Position numbers and translations under genes: made by a program. The notes below the pieces were generated by a model, which was not told the origin of the DNA, made no database searches, and was given only the letters and a program-made list of their open reading frames with translations. Source: the human T2T-CHM13v2.0 reference genome, Homo sapiens. From it: DNA of 64,000 nucleotides. Each line of letters opens with the position of its first letter. Positions within the stretch are counted from its first letter, which is position 1. Positions 1 through 12,427 of the stretch are shown here, in pieces. Location: NCBI RefSeq assembly GCF_009914755.1, contig NC_060930.1, one strand, 5' to 3'.

Positions 1-779
1 AGGAAGTATGGGAAGCCGTTGTCTGAGGAATTCTGTTTTCTTAGTGGAGTAAGAAGATAGACCGTTCACTGATAGTGGAGGAGGGAAGGATAGATTTAGG
101 GGATAGAGAAAAGATGTGAACCAGTGCCAGGGATGTGGCAGAATTGCTGGACGGCACAGAGGACCTTGGGGGCCCACTCCTGGGGGCTTTCTGGACACAC
201 CACTGCCAAGAAGAGATTTCTCATTGTACAAAATCTCACACAAGTTTTGAAAAATGATCAGGGCAATCCAAACCAGAAAAGCAAAAATTTTGCTTCTAGC
301 TATTGTTAAATTTGGCTGGCAGCCTTTTTCCTTCAAACTGTATATCTCTTATCTGTCCCATCTTCATCTCCTCAAAGATTGCCTCAGTTCCTAAGAAGGA
401 CTTTGGAAATAGTCCCTAAAAGAAAGTGATGTTCTTATATTACTATCTATAGTGATCTTCTTCTATAGTAAAGAATTGATGCCACTATTATCTAAAAGCT
501 TATATGAAATAAACTAGTAAAATATGGTATATGAAATAAACTAATTTTTCAACATACACTACTGAGCATCTGTTACATGTTGAGGTGAAAAATTAAGAAA
601 CATTGGACTGTATCCTTAAGGAACTTAAATCTACATAAGGAGTCAAAACTAATATACATGAAACAATTGAAAAATGTAATTTTGTATTTGATTACTTTTA
701 TTACTTTTATATATTAATATTTAAAATTATATAGAAATTGTATGTGTTATAATTTATACTAATGAAAAAATTAAGAATG

Positions 780-1330
<551 letters not shown>

Positions 1331-1809
1331 ATTCAAAATATGCATAATTAAATTCTAACAAGAACTTAAGTATTGTAGATGTTAAGAGGAAAAACAAATT
1401 ATGAAGGTTAAAGTAGCCAGAAAAGGTTTCACTGAGAAGGTGGAATTTCAGTTGAACCTCAAGGCCAGGAAGGAGTCAGAGAGGAGGGAAGGTGGCTGGA
1501 CTTTTAATGCAGAAGGACCCCTTGAGGTTACACTTTCATCTGATTATAGCATTCATATCTTGCAGTGTTGGGAAAGAGTGAGAGGTTGTGATGTCAAGAA
1601 GGATAGGTCAGAAGTGGAAGGTATGGGGGATTGTGCCTGCTGTCATGGCTAGCAAGGAGTACTGAAGTACCATGGTGACAAAATGCCATTGTGATCATGA
1701 CTCATTTTTTCAAAATGTAGATTTTTCCTTCTTTCCCCTCCCAATGGCCAAGACCTTGTACCTGTTACTTGCCTGTTTTCTTTTTTTCCAGACACACCTC
1801 GAGCATACA

Positions 1810-2960
1810 CAACCTATGTACTAGCACTATTCTAACTTTTGGAGATAAAACACTGCATAAGTCAGGGCTCCTGGACTAGTGGGGAAGGTGAACCGGTGAA
1901 GAAGTCCTCACAGCACACCATGCTAAGGGCCTGAATAGGACAAAAGTCTTCTGGCAAGTGACTTTGCTTAGGAGAATGTGGGATGGCTTCCTGGAGGAGG
2001 TGACAACAGAGCTGGATTCTGAAGGATGAGATTTTGTGAAAAGAAAATGTTGGAAGGTCATTCCAGGCAGGAAAATTGGAGTAGCGAAAGTGCAGGAATT
2101 GAGATGGTTAGCAGCGACAGCCAGTGGTGGAATATGGGACTGGAAAGGTAGACATGGGAAATCAGCATGAAGGTGTAATTTTATCCACAGATCAAAATTC
2201 TCATTGAACTTTTCCAGTGAAGTGCTCAGAATGGCAGAGAAAATGGAATGCTAACTTCCTAGGGATCTGAGAACATGGCCCCAAATTGCCTTTTCAAAGC
2301 ATAAAATGTCTTTGCAGTTTCCTGTTACATGTTAAAAAATCACCTGAACTTCTTTTGTTCTCTTTGAAGTACATGGGTTGATTTTACTAAAAAAGTTTAA
2401 CAATTTGTGACGATCAGGACTAAAAGTTCCTCTCCCACACCCAAAATCAAAGTACTGAAGGATGTACTTGAGGAAAATGCTCCGAGTTTATCTTCTAATT
2501 TCCCCAGAAACACTGAAAAGCCTGGCTGCATGGGTAGAAAGCCGATGAGTGATCCCCAGTTGCCAAAGAGGCATAATCAGATCTGGTTTTGGAAAGAACA
2601 CAGCATTGGCCATATGAAGGGGCCTGAAGAGGCTGGAGACTATAAGACAGTAGCTCAAGTCCTACAGCCTATGTTAAGGCAGTGAGCAGGGCTGGGAAGC
2701 GCTTATGGTTTAGGGGTCATTTGCTTGTGGGAGGAGATGGAGAGGGAGGAAGAAGAGAAAGAGGGAATGGAGACCTCTAGCCTGTGTGACTAGGAGGGAA
2801 CTGGCCCTGGGAGGCAGGAGGAGGCTAAGATCACTCTGGTAAAGGGTGGAGTCAAAAGGAGGGAAGTTTGACTTCCTCAATGCTGAAGTTTGAGGAATAG
2901 CTGGGTTGGGGATGGATGTGGGCACAGAACAAGGAGTTTATGAAAAAGACAGGAATGGAG
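1810..2960 (-). mobile_element. L2 fragments (discontinuous)
   Basis: GGCTTCCTGGAGGAGGTGACA...GAAGGATGAG and AGATCTGGTTTTGGAAAG motifs typical of antisense L2. Confidence 0.55.
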
Positions 2961-4789
2961 CCAACAGGAAGGTAGAAAATCAAGCAGAGACTGGGAAGTT
3001 GAGGAAGGTAAGGAAAAGGGCATTTCAATGAGGGGCCTGGGAATAGCATCCCATGATTAAGAAAGGTCTGGTGGGATGGGGGCTGTGTGATATGACAGCA
3101 AGGAGCTTCTAGACCCACTGCAGAGGAGGGGGGGAATGAATGAGAGAAGTGGGGGCCTGGAAAGATGGAGAAAGGCAGGAAGGTAGGAATCTGAGTGAAG
3201 GAAGAGGTAGAAGGTAAGGTAATGGAGCAGATAACAGAAGGAGCACTGATGTAGAGGAAAAAAATGGCAAGAATGCAGAACTCTGGGGCAGGGGTAAACA
3301 TGGGTAGGTGGAAGAAAGGCAGAACATGAGCATTAAACAGAATTTGCAGGACGGGGGAGGATCACTCAGATCTCGCCTCTGAAAACTGTCTGGATTACAG
3401 GGACATCCAAGAAAGGGATGATGCAAAGATTTTGAAGCTTCAGGATAAGATGTAGGGCCAAGAGACATGAAATTTCGGGTAAGAGCTTAATTTTTCTTTT
3501 TTACCTGGGAAACAGGGAAGGAGGTGATTAGGTCAGGCTCAGGTAAGCAAAATAATAATAAAATTTATAATAATCACAAGATTACTTTCTTTTTTTCCCT
3601 TTTTTTTTTTTTTTTTTAAAAAAGCTCTAACAATGCTTCCCTTTTTTTACCCTCAGGGTTTGTGATGCCTAGTTTTTTCTAAACTACTCCATTAACTAAA
3701 TGTCCATCTCTTTATTCTGCCCACCTCTAAAAGATGTTTTTGATCAGTGGTCTGAGTTTTAGCTTTTATTACATCTTTGCTTAAAGAAACTTGGAAAAGT
3801 TTGGTCGTAGACAGAAGTAATCTGACAATTTTTAAATTACTGTGAAAAGAAAGCCTTGATGCTTTTATTTTGATAAAAATATACTTGCGATTGAATTATT
3901 TTTCTCAACTCAGCTTATGAGTTTTTGAGAGACACAGAAAGTTGAGTTCACTAACCCTATAGCAATTTCCCCAAAGAATATGTAAGATGGCACCTACAGT
4001 TTCTAATCTGTTTTTCACAAATCTGTTTATGTGATATAATTATGCAAGGGCATCCAACCTGAACAGTGGTTGCAGCAATGTGCTGGTCAGCACAGCTGTT
4101 CTGTGCCCCGTGTGTGCATCCGGCATAGTGCTTATGTGAATGACAGACATTTAGGTGTCATCGGTTTCTCCATTTTCCCCAGGTGCTCTCTAAGTAGGTC
4201 TCCCACAGTACCACACACTGAGGAGCTAATTTCTCTGCCTTTCGATTGTTAGGTGTGTGTGGAAACCCAGTGTTTCGTGCCCCAACTTGAATTGAGCCTT
4301 TGGTGATTTTGCAGAAGGCTGAAAACATGGAGGTGTGCTGTGTTTGTTCCAGCTGCACTTCAGCACCCTCTGGATTTACAGCTCTTCCCAGGTCTTGTCA
4401 ACAGGCATGCTTCTATTGGTACATTTCCTTGGTGCTTAATTTTCTAAAGCTGGAAAGGATGGTCTAGGGAAGTGGGTTGGGATATAAGGTGTCTTAAGAT
4501 TGGTGGCTGGGCCATTGTCTAGAGGAGGAACCCGTGCTCCCAGCCTGATGACCAACTTATGCTAATGAAAGCAGATGCTGAATCGGAATGCTTATTAATT
4601 TATGATAACCATAAGTGGGTTATTTGCAGGATAGCCTACTTCATTCTGGCAAGCGCTAAGTGAACACTAATTCTTTTCTCTGACACTTTGCTTTTTCAAA
4701 TTCAGTGACAGATAAAATGTTTATCTTTATGTCTAATCTCACTTCTCTTACCTGCTGCCTCACCTGTGAGTCCATTGCCATCATAGACA

Positions 4790-5270
4790 GTATCTTTTAA
4801 AAATAATTGATCTTGGAATAATGTTAAACTTTAGGAAAAGTTTCAAGAGTAATACACAGAACTACCATATCTCCTTCATGCAGATATCCCAATTGTTAAT
4901 ATTTTAACACATTTGTTCTCTCTTTCTCTCTCCGTATGCCTGCAGAAATATCTAATATAAACACCCATTACCATTATTCTCTTTCTGAATAATTTGAAAG
5001 TAAGTTGTCAACAATGATGCTCCATCAGCTGCTAAATGCATCAGTGCACATTTTCAAAAGGAATAATGGTACATAACCACAATACAACATCCAAATCAGA
5101 AAGTAAGCATCAGTATAACAATACCACTCAATCCAGAGACCCTATTCAAATTTCACCAACTGTACCAACAATATCTTTTTTCCTTTCTAGGGCAAAGTTT
5201 GAGTCAGGATCATGGGGTACAGTTAGTTGTGCTAGCTCTTTAGTCTCCTTCAGTATGGAAAGCTCCCCCT
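4790..5270 (-). mobile_element. L1MC/L1ME 3' end
   Basis: TTGTTAATATTTTAACACATTTG and TTCAAATTTCACCAACTGT motifs of old L1 3' UTRs. Confidence 0.65.
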
Positions 5271-6140
5271 GACATATCCTCAGCCCAGGGAAGCATTAGG
5301 GGAAGGGGCAGGAAGGGATAAAGGAAGCACAACTGCACCTTTTTTGACTGTTACTGGATTCAAAGTGTTTTACTAAATTTACTGAGCTGTTCACTTAAGG
5401 TTTTTGCAATCTGTGTTGATAAGTTATGTCTCCATTTTTAAAAACAGAAATAGTCAAGTGAAAATAAAGGTTTATACTTAGTTGATACCTAAGAAAGCAT
5501 CCCATGTGCATGAAGATCACTCACCTCACAAGGATTTTGCATATATTGTTCTTTCTACCTCTTGTCTTCCCCCCAGCAAACTCCTACTCATTCTGCTCTC
5601 AGCTAAGTGGAGCTTTCTTCACCACTACCCAGGTCAGATCCTCTTTATAGGTACCTTGGACCTAAATCCTTTGCAGCAATTATTATAATTATATCCACCC
5701 CCTCTTTTTTAAAATTTACTTTTTAAATTATGGTGAAATCCACATAATATAAAATGTATCATCTTAATCATTTTTAAATGTACAGTTCAGGAGAGTTGAG
5801 TACATTCATATTGTGCAACCAATCTCCAGAATGCCTTTCATCTTGCAAAACATGAAACAACTCCCCAACCCCTGAAAACCACTTTTTAACTTTTTATATC
5901 TATGAATTTGACTACTCTAGGTATCAGTTTCTCCACATCATCACCAATACTTTTTATTTTATTTTTTTTCACGTTAGTTTTTTTTTAATAGTTGGCATCC
6001 TTATGGGTGTAAGGTGGTATCTCATTGTGGTTTTGATTTGCATTTCCCTAATGATTAGTGATATTGAGAATTTTGTGTGTGTGCTTGCTGGCCAGTTGTA
6101 TATCTTCTTTGGAGAAATGTCCATTACATTCCTTTTCCTG

Positions 6141-6192
<52 letters not shown>
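6141..6192. repeat. (TCTA)13 tetranucleotide microsatellite derived from an Alu tail
   Basis: 13 uninterrupted TCTA units. Confidence 0.97.
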
Positions 6193-6193
<1 letters not shown>

Positions 6194-6485
6194 GAATGAC
6201 AAGGTCTCACTCTGTTGCCCAGGCTGGAATGCAGTGGCACAATTATGGCTTACCACAGCCTCAAACTCTTGGCCTCGAGTGATTCTTCTGCCTCTTTCTC
6301 GCAAGTAGCTCGAACTACAGGTACACATCATACCTGTAGTTTTTAAACTGCTAATTTTTAAATCTTTTTGTAGAGACAGGGTCTTACTTGTTGCCAAGGC
6401 TGGTCTTGAATTCCTGGCTTCAAGCGATTCTCCCTCCTTGGCCTCTCAGTACTGGGATTACAGGCATGAGCCACTGTGTTCAGCT
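6193..6485 (-). mobile_element. AluJ
   Basis: Diverged dimeric antisense Alu. Confidence 0.9.
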
Positions 6486-7740
6486 TGCCCATTTATTGAT
6501 TGGGTTGTTGTGTTGTTACTGTTGAGTTGTAGGAGTTTTTCATATGTTCTGGATATGAACTCCTTATCAGATAGATAATTTGCAAATATTTTCTGTCATT
6601 TTTTAGATTTCCATTTCACTCTATTGATTGTGTCCTTTGATGGACAGTTTTAAATTTTGATGTAGTCTAATTTGATTATTTTTACTTTCGTTGCCTGTGT
6701 TTTCGGTGTCGTATCCAATAAATCATTGCCAAATTCAATGTCAAGGAGTTTTTTCCCTGTATTTTCTTCTAAGAGTTTGATAGTTTTAGCTCTTATGTTT
6801 AGGTCTTTGATCCATTTTCGAGTTAATTTTTGTATATGGTATTACGTAAAGGTCTGTCTTCATTCATTTGTATGTGGATATCTGATTTTTCCAGCATGGT
6901 TGAAAAGACTCTCCTTTCCCCATTAATGATCTTGACAACCTTATCAAAAATCATTTGACCATATATATGAGAGGTTTTTTTCTAGACTCTCTTGTATATA
7001 TGTCTGTCTTTCTGCCAGTACAATGCTGTTTTGATTAACATAGTTTTGTAATAAGTTTTGAAATCAGTAAGTGTAAGACCTTCAAATTTGTCCCTTTTCA
7101 AGACTGAATTGGCTATTCAAGGTCCCTTGAGATTTCATATGAATTAGGATGGATTTTTCTATTTCTGCAAAAAACACCATTGGGATTTCCATAGGAAATG
7201 CATTAAGTCTGTAGATAATCTTGGATAGTATTGCTATTTTAACAATATTAAGTCTGAATTCATGAACATGAGATATCTTTCCATTTATTTTGTGTTTAAT
7301 TTCTTTTAGTAATACTTTATAATTTTTAAGTATGCAAGTCTTTTGCTTCCTTGGTTAAGTTTATTCCCAAATATTTTATTCTTCTATTGCTATTATAAAT
7401 GGAATTGTTTTCTTAAATTTCCTTTTTGAATTGTTCATTTATTCCTCTTTTTTCAAGTGGAGTCACCTGCTCATTTTTTATCTTTTTCTCTGGGCCATAA
7501 GCTTCAGGACAGTAGAAACGGCGTCTGGTTTTGCTCAGAGCTAGACCCCAAGTTCTTTGTATAGCACTTGTCAATGAGTATGTGCTCAATAAACACTTGT
7601 TAAAATTGTCTAATAGTGTTAGATTAGCTTAGTAGACCCACTGTCTATTCTTATATGTGAACAAATGGTATACTGATGCTGAACCACTTACCTTGACTAT
7701 CTTTTCAGCCCTCCTCCTCCCTCTTAAAAAGTGATACCTC

Positions 7741-7955
7741 AAGGCGGGGAACATCACACACCCGGGCCTGCCGAGGGGTGGGGGCCAAAGGGAGGGAGAG
7801 CATTAGGACAGATACCTAATGCATCCCAGGGCTTAAAACCTAGATGACGGGTTGATAGGTGCAGCAAACCACCATGGCACATGTGTACCTGTGTAACAAA
7901 CCTACGCATTCTGCACATGTATCCCAGAACTTAAAGTAAAATAAAAATTTTAAAA
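7741..7955 (+). mobile_element. L1PA 3' end (5'-truncated)
   Basis: GGGAACATCACACACC...GGTGCAGCAAACCACCATGGCACATG...CCCAGAACTTAAAGT plus A tail. Confidence 0.95.
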
Positions 7956-7959
7956 AGAC

Positions 7960-8340
7960 ACCTAATATTTATTGAGCATGTAGATGTACAAAGTGTCTAT
8001 GCATGTGTTAATTTGTTTTTCACAATAACCCAGTGAGGCAGACATAGAGTTGAGAGTTTGAGTTCTGGAGTCAGACTGTCTGAGTTTGAGTTATTTAATC
8101 TCTCTGTGCCTCAGAGTCCTATAATAAGGGATTTCTAAAATGCATACCTTTTTGGCTTGTCTTGAAGTTTAATTAAGATATTGTATGTCAGATCCTTAGG
8201 ACATAGTAAGTGCTTAGTGAATACTGATAATTATTATCTCAACTTTTCAAATGTGGAATCAAGGTTTAAAAAGGATAAGCTGCCTTCAATCACACTCAGG
8301 CAGTCTAGAACTTGTAAGTACTTAAGCCCTGCATTGAAGT
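7960..8340. mobile_element. MIR fragments, both orientations
   Basis: TTTATTGAGCA, TCTGGAGTCAGACTG and TTAATCTCTCTGTGCCTCAG core motifs. Confidence 0.7.
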
Positions 8341-8969
8341 GTACACCATTCGCTTCTATATCTGAGACCAGGTGAGGAAACTCACAAGGCCCTCAGAAAT
8401 AAAATGTCTGGAGAGTCTGCAAGAAATGGAACCCCCAGGATGGCAGAACAGAGTGTGCAGGGTTGTCCTGATTTTGCCAGCCCCTTTCATTCTTCAGAAA
8501 CTCCTTGAAACTCCTATCAGGGAAGTCAGGGGGTTCTGAGAGGCAATCTGACTCTACAAACTAGACGTTTTTGCTCAGTAGATCAAATTCTGTCTGTAGA
8601 TCTGCCAGACAGCCAGCATGGCTCAGGTCTAGGGGAGGATGGTGAAGGAGGGTTGGCTTCTAGCATTATTCTGGGCCAGAAGAGGAGCCTGGGGTCTGAC
8701 TCACTCTCCATCTTCTCATGGACTTCACTATCAGCACAGGCACACCCACCTTCATCTTGGTCCTATTCTCAGTACTAGGACTTTGTAGAAATGGAAGGGG
8801 TCCTGCTTTTGAGAAAAGTCCAGGACCTTGTCCCAGAGTCCCAAGTCTAGGGGAAAGCATGACCATTCCAGTAGTCACATTAGCTGCAGGTTCATGTAAC
8901 ATCAATGGCTAACATGTGTTGAACACTCATTATTCTTAGTGCTTTACTTGCAGTATCTTATTTTATCTC

Positions 8970-9081
8970 TGGATGACCAACTCATTCCAGTTTGCCTAGA
9001 ACTTTCCCAGCTTTAGCACTGAAAGTCCCACATCTCAAGAAGCCCCTTAGTCTGGGGCAATTCAGGAGGTTTGGTCACCCC
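8970..9081. mobile_element. hAT-Blackjack MITE (MER81/MER94-like) inserted in a MIR
   Basis: Terminal inverted repeats GGATGACCAAC...TTTGGTCACCC; internal TTTAGCACTGAAAGTCCCAC. Confidence 0.75.
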
Positions 9082-11169
9082 AAGCACCCTGGGAAGTAGG
9101 AAGCTTGGCAGAGAGGAGTGAAATGATTTTCTAATGACATACCCCTATCAAGTACCAGAGGCAGGATTTGAACTCACGCATTCTGGCTCCAGGGCCTCTT
9201 CTCATGACCAACATGCAAGGCTGCCCAAGCCAGTATAAGCTGCCTCTGCCAGCAAATGTTTGGGTTTGGTCCAGATACCAAGTAGATGGCAAATAGCACT
9301 GGTGGCTATGGGGAAAATAGTAAATTGTACAGTATGAAAGTTCCCAAAATTAAAAATGGAGACTTGTACTTTGTTGCTGACAAAATGCCAAAGATTGCTT
9401 TCTAGACTTGACTGGCTGTCAGATTTGGTGTCTCGTTTGATTCTAATATTGGTGGTGCCTTTAATTTTGGTAAGCATGAGATTGGGAAATATGGACCAGA
9501 TTGGCATGGTGGATAGGTAGCTTCAAGGCGGAGTGGTGCAAGGTGGGATTCTGGCTCTCCTTGAAGGGCTTTCATATCCTGCACTTACTCTATCATCTCT
9601 ATGGAACCACTTAGCGGCCACCATATCTAGTCTTGGTTTGCTTCTTTTCTTCTACTTCCTGTGCAGTTCCTCTCTGCTGCATTTATGTATCCTTTTCTAC
9701 TCCTCTCTCCCACTCCCAGAAGCACTAACTTGGTAATGCTACTTCTACTCCACAGTCAGACCAGAGGTGAGCAGCCTGGCACATGCCAGCTCGAGAAGAT
9801 TGTAAACCTGTCAGCTACCAGGACAGGCTCAGGGAAGGAAATGGGAGAAGCACAGAGCAGGAGGACAAGCGTGCTAGTCACACAGGCAAACACTAGCAAC
9901 TTGGCGATTTGCTGGAGGTCAAAGAAATGATGGGGTTATTTGTACTTGGATATTTTAATTTTCTTATTTAATTAGATTGTTCTTCTGTTGCAAGAAGTAG
10001 AGACCTTTCCAAGGCACTATGAGAAAGAGGTCAGGGGAGTAATTGTAAGGAAACACATGGATTCAATCTGAAACTAGAATTTTAAAGCTGTCAGGTTCGT
10101 CTCTCAAGGGCTATGGGGTTCTGTTTTTCTCTGAGTATCTCTGCTCCATTCCTTGAACTTCTGACCAGCTTTCTCTGTTTACTTGGGAAGTCATGATGTG
10201 AATCTCAGCCCCATCCACTGAGCATCTGGGTAAGTCTCCTGGAGTAATTTGTCCATGCATCCATTGGATTACTAGTCTCCACTTGCCAAGTGGCAGAACG
10301 TCAGCTCTGCCTGGACTCAGTGGGGGATTGGGGAGATGGCTCTGTTAGCTTCTGTGGCTCTGCCATGGCTGTTCTGGCTGCCACTCCAGCCCTCGTTCAT
10401 GTTGCTTGATAGCACGGCCCATGCTGCTCCACAGAGGTGCTGGCCAACCCTGACCTCTAATACACCCCAGGACCTCTGTTCGCTCACTTGCGGGCATCTC
10501 CCTCCTAAGGAAATGGCTGCTTCTGCTAGCCTCCTCTGGTCTAGGTGATGTGGGGGACGATGATTCCCATGGGAAGCATGGGAAGCACAATAGAGGCACA
10601 CTCTATTGTGTCTATCCAAACCTTACTAATTTGGAGTTTTGTGGGGTGGTGTGCTGTGTGTATGTGTGTGTGAGTTCTTTTGGTTGGATGACACCACTCC
10701 TCCCTGGGAGTGGAGATTGTGAAGGAAAGTCTGGATTTCAGATGGCGCTTCAGACTGTATTCAAAGCCACTCTTCTCATCCCACACCCAAGCCCTTCTTC
10801 TAGTCCACCCTACTGGATTTCTTCATTGTTTTGGGGGTTTTCCTTCCAGGGGTTAGTTGCTCCCTGCAATTTAGCCCGTGTCACTTTCCTTCTCTCCTTC
10901 TCTGGCCTGTCAAACAGACATGCTGGTGTGTGCAAACCCAGGAAAACTGAGGAATGTGGCTGGATTCTTATTGCATGGCCCTTGCATGTTCTGTGAATGT
11001 ACAGAGGATCTCTAGGGCTTCTTCCACCTCACAGACAAGCCAATTCGAGCATTGGCTTGGGGTCCAGCCAAGATATCCCTTTATGTTCATAATTTCTGTT
11101 TTCTAAAACTTTTAAAAACAAATGTGTCCCTTTTTAAAGATATGACTCTTCATGACCATTCTATATCTG

Positions 11170-11410
11170 TCCTTTTAGCTTCAACTCCTATTTTCTTATT
11201 TATTAGATCTTAGTTCAAATGCATGTGAGGAAAAATCTGATTGGCTCCACTTATGATTTAACACAGGCCGGGCATGGATTGGCTGCCTTGGCCCAACCCT
11301 GGTCCAATCAACTTACCAGCTTGAGGTGGGTGGCGAGAGGGGAGGGGTGTCCCAAGGAACAAATCATGGTCACCCAGGCCTTCACGTTCAGCATCTGCTG
11401 TGCATAGGAT
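11170..11410. mobile_element. Old MaLR LTR fragment (MLT1K/L/N-like)
   Basis: AATCTGATTGGCT...CCCTGGTCCAATCA motifs. Confidence 0.5.
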
Positions 11411-12234
11411 ACTCTTTCTTTAGAGTCACTATTGATGGGTAAACACAATGACTGATACCTCAAATACATTCATACTTCAAGAATGAACTGTTTTCTGAAA
11501 TATCAACATGGGGGCCTTCCCCCCATTAAAATTTCCAACCGTAGTGTGCTTTCTTATTTCATTTTAGGTATGAAAAATGATATAGAGTAGGAGTGTTTGG
11601 GAGTCTTCTATGTTTTTGTTGCTTAGATGATTCCCATGTAGATTTCTACACTATTCGATTTCACACAGATATGGAGTGATTCACAGCTTAGAAGAATATT
11701 GCTGTGTCCTTTTCTGCTGCCTTTCATAATAAGACTTCAATTGCTTTTAAAACACTAACTAAATCTCATTAACATTATCTCCCACATGTTAATAGGAAAA
11801 ACAGGTCTGTAGAACAGTGACATTTCATGATTAAAAATACATTTATTTAATGGTTGAGTTGCCTCGATTTGAATATTGCCCACTGCTTCCATAATAACAG
11901 CAGAAGTTTTTCACAGATGCTTTTTAATGGGTAACCCCTGCTATATCTCCACTAGCAGTATAAAACCTTGAGTAATGTGCATTGATTTGATATGTGCTAA
12001 TTGCTTATCAGAAATTACTCAGTTGTAGCCTATCACTGCTGAAATTACTTCCAAGGAGAAAACTGGGCACTTTTGAAAGGTGCATTAATGCCACTAGGTC
12101 ACTAGTGTCACATTTAGTATTCTAAAACAGTAACTGTAATGGCCTGACAGAGCCCAGTGCTCATCCAAAGACATTCGATGTTCACTCAAAGAAGAAGGCA
12201 CAAAGAGAATCTGGCCCCAAATGTGGAATCGAAT

Positions 12235-12340
12235 GCAAATAAAAATTGCTTCAATCTATTATTTTATAAGTTTATTAAAAATCAGGAACAGCAAATAAAA
12301 ATTGCTTCAATCTATTATAAGTTTATTAAAAATCAGGAAC
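12235..12340. repeat. Tandem duplication, 55-bp and 50-bp units
   Basis: GCAAATAAAAATTGCTTCAATCTATTA(TTTTA)TAAGTTTATTAAAAATCAGGAAC at 12235-12289 and 12291-12340; identical except a 5-bp indel. Confidence 0.97.
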
Positions 12341-12427
12341 CTTAGTAAGGTTTGGATAGATGCAATAAAGTATGTCCACAGCTGAAAGGACATACTTTAT
12401 TGCATGTATCCAAACCTTACTAATTCA
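12336..12427 (+). ncRNA. MIR4464: microRNA precursor hsa-mir-4464; mature AAGGUUUGGAUAGAUGCAAUA at 12347-12367
   Basis: 36-bp stem (12342-12377 / 12388-12423, one mismatch) with a 10-nt loop is seen directly; name assigned from my recollection of the miRBase mature sequence. Confidence 0.85.

Larger units (their letters stand above)
5705..7440 (-). mobile_element. L1MB-type LINE (3' UTR plus ORF2 3' part), interrupted by an Alu
   Basis: TTTTTAAATGTACAGTTCAG; GGTGGTATCTCATTGTGGTTTTGATTTGCATTTCCCTAATGATTAGTGAT; long antisense ORF2-like stretch. Confidence 0.9.

Noticed and set aside
501-543. 16-bp direct repeat TATATGAAATAAACTA at 27-bp spacing
   Set aside because: Ordinary small slippage duplication in AT-rich DNA; only two units, not a CRISPR-like array.
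2730-3468. Overlapping minus-strand ORFs of 149 and 119 aa
   Set aside because: Arise from a purine-rich, partly L2-derived tract; low-complexity P/S/L/F peptides with no recognisable domain.
10317-10996. Dense cluster of ORFs up to 148 aa
   Set aside because: GC-richer non-coding sequence with ORFs in many frames and on both strands; no recognisable protein.
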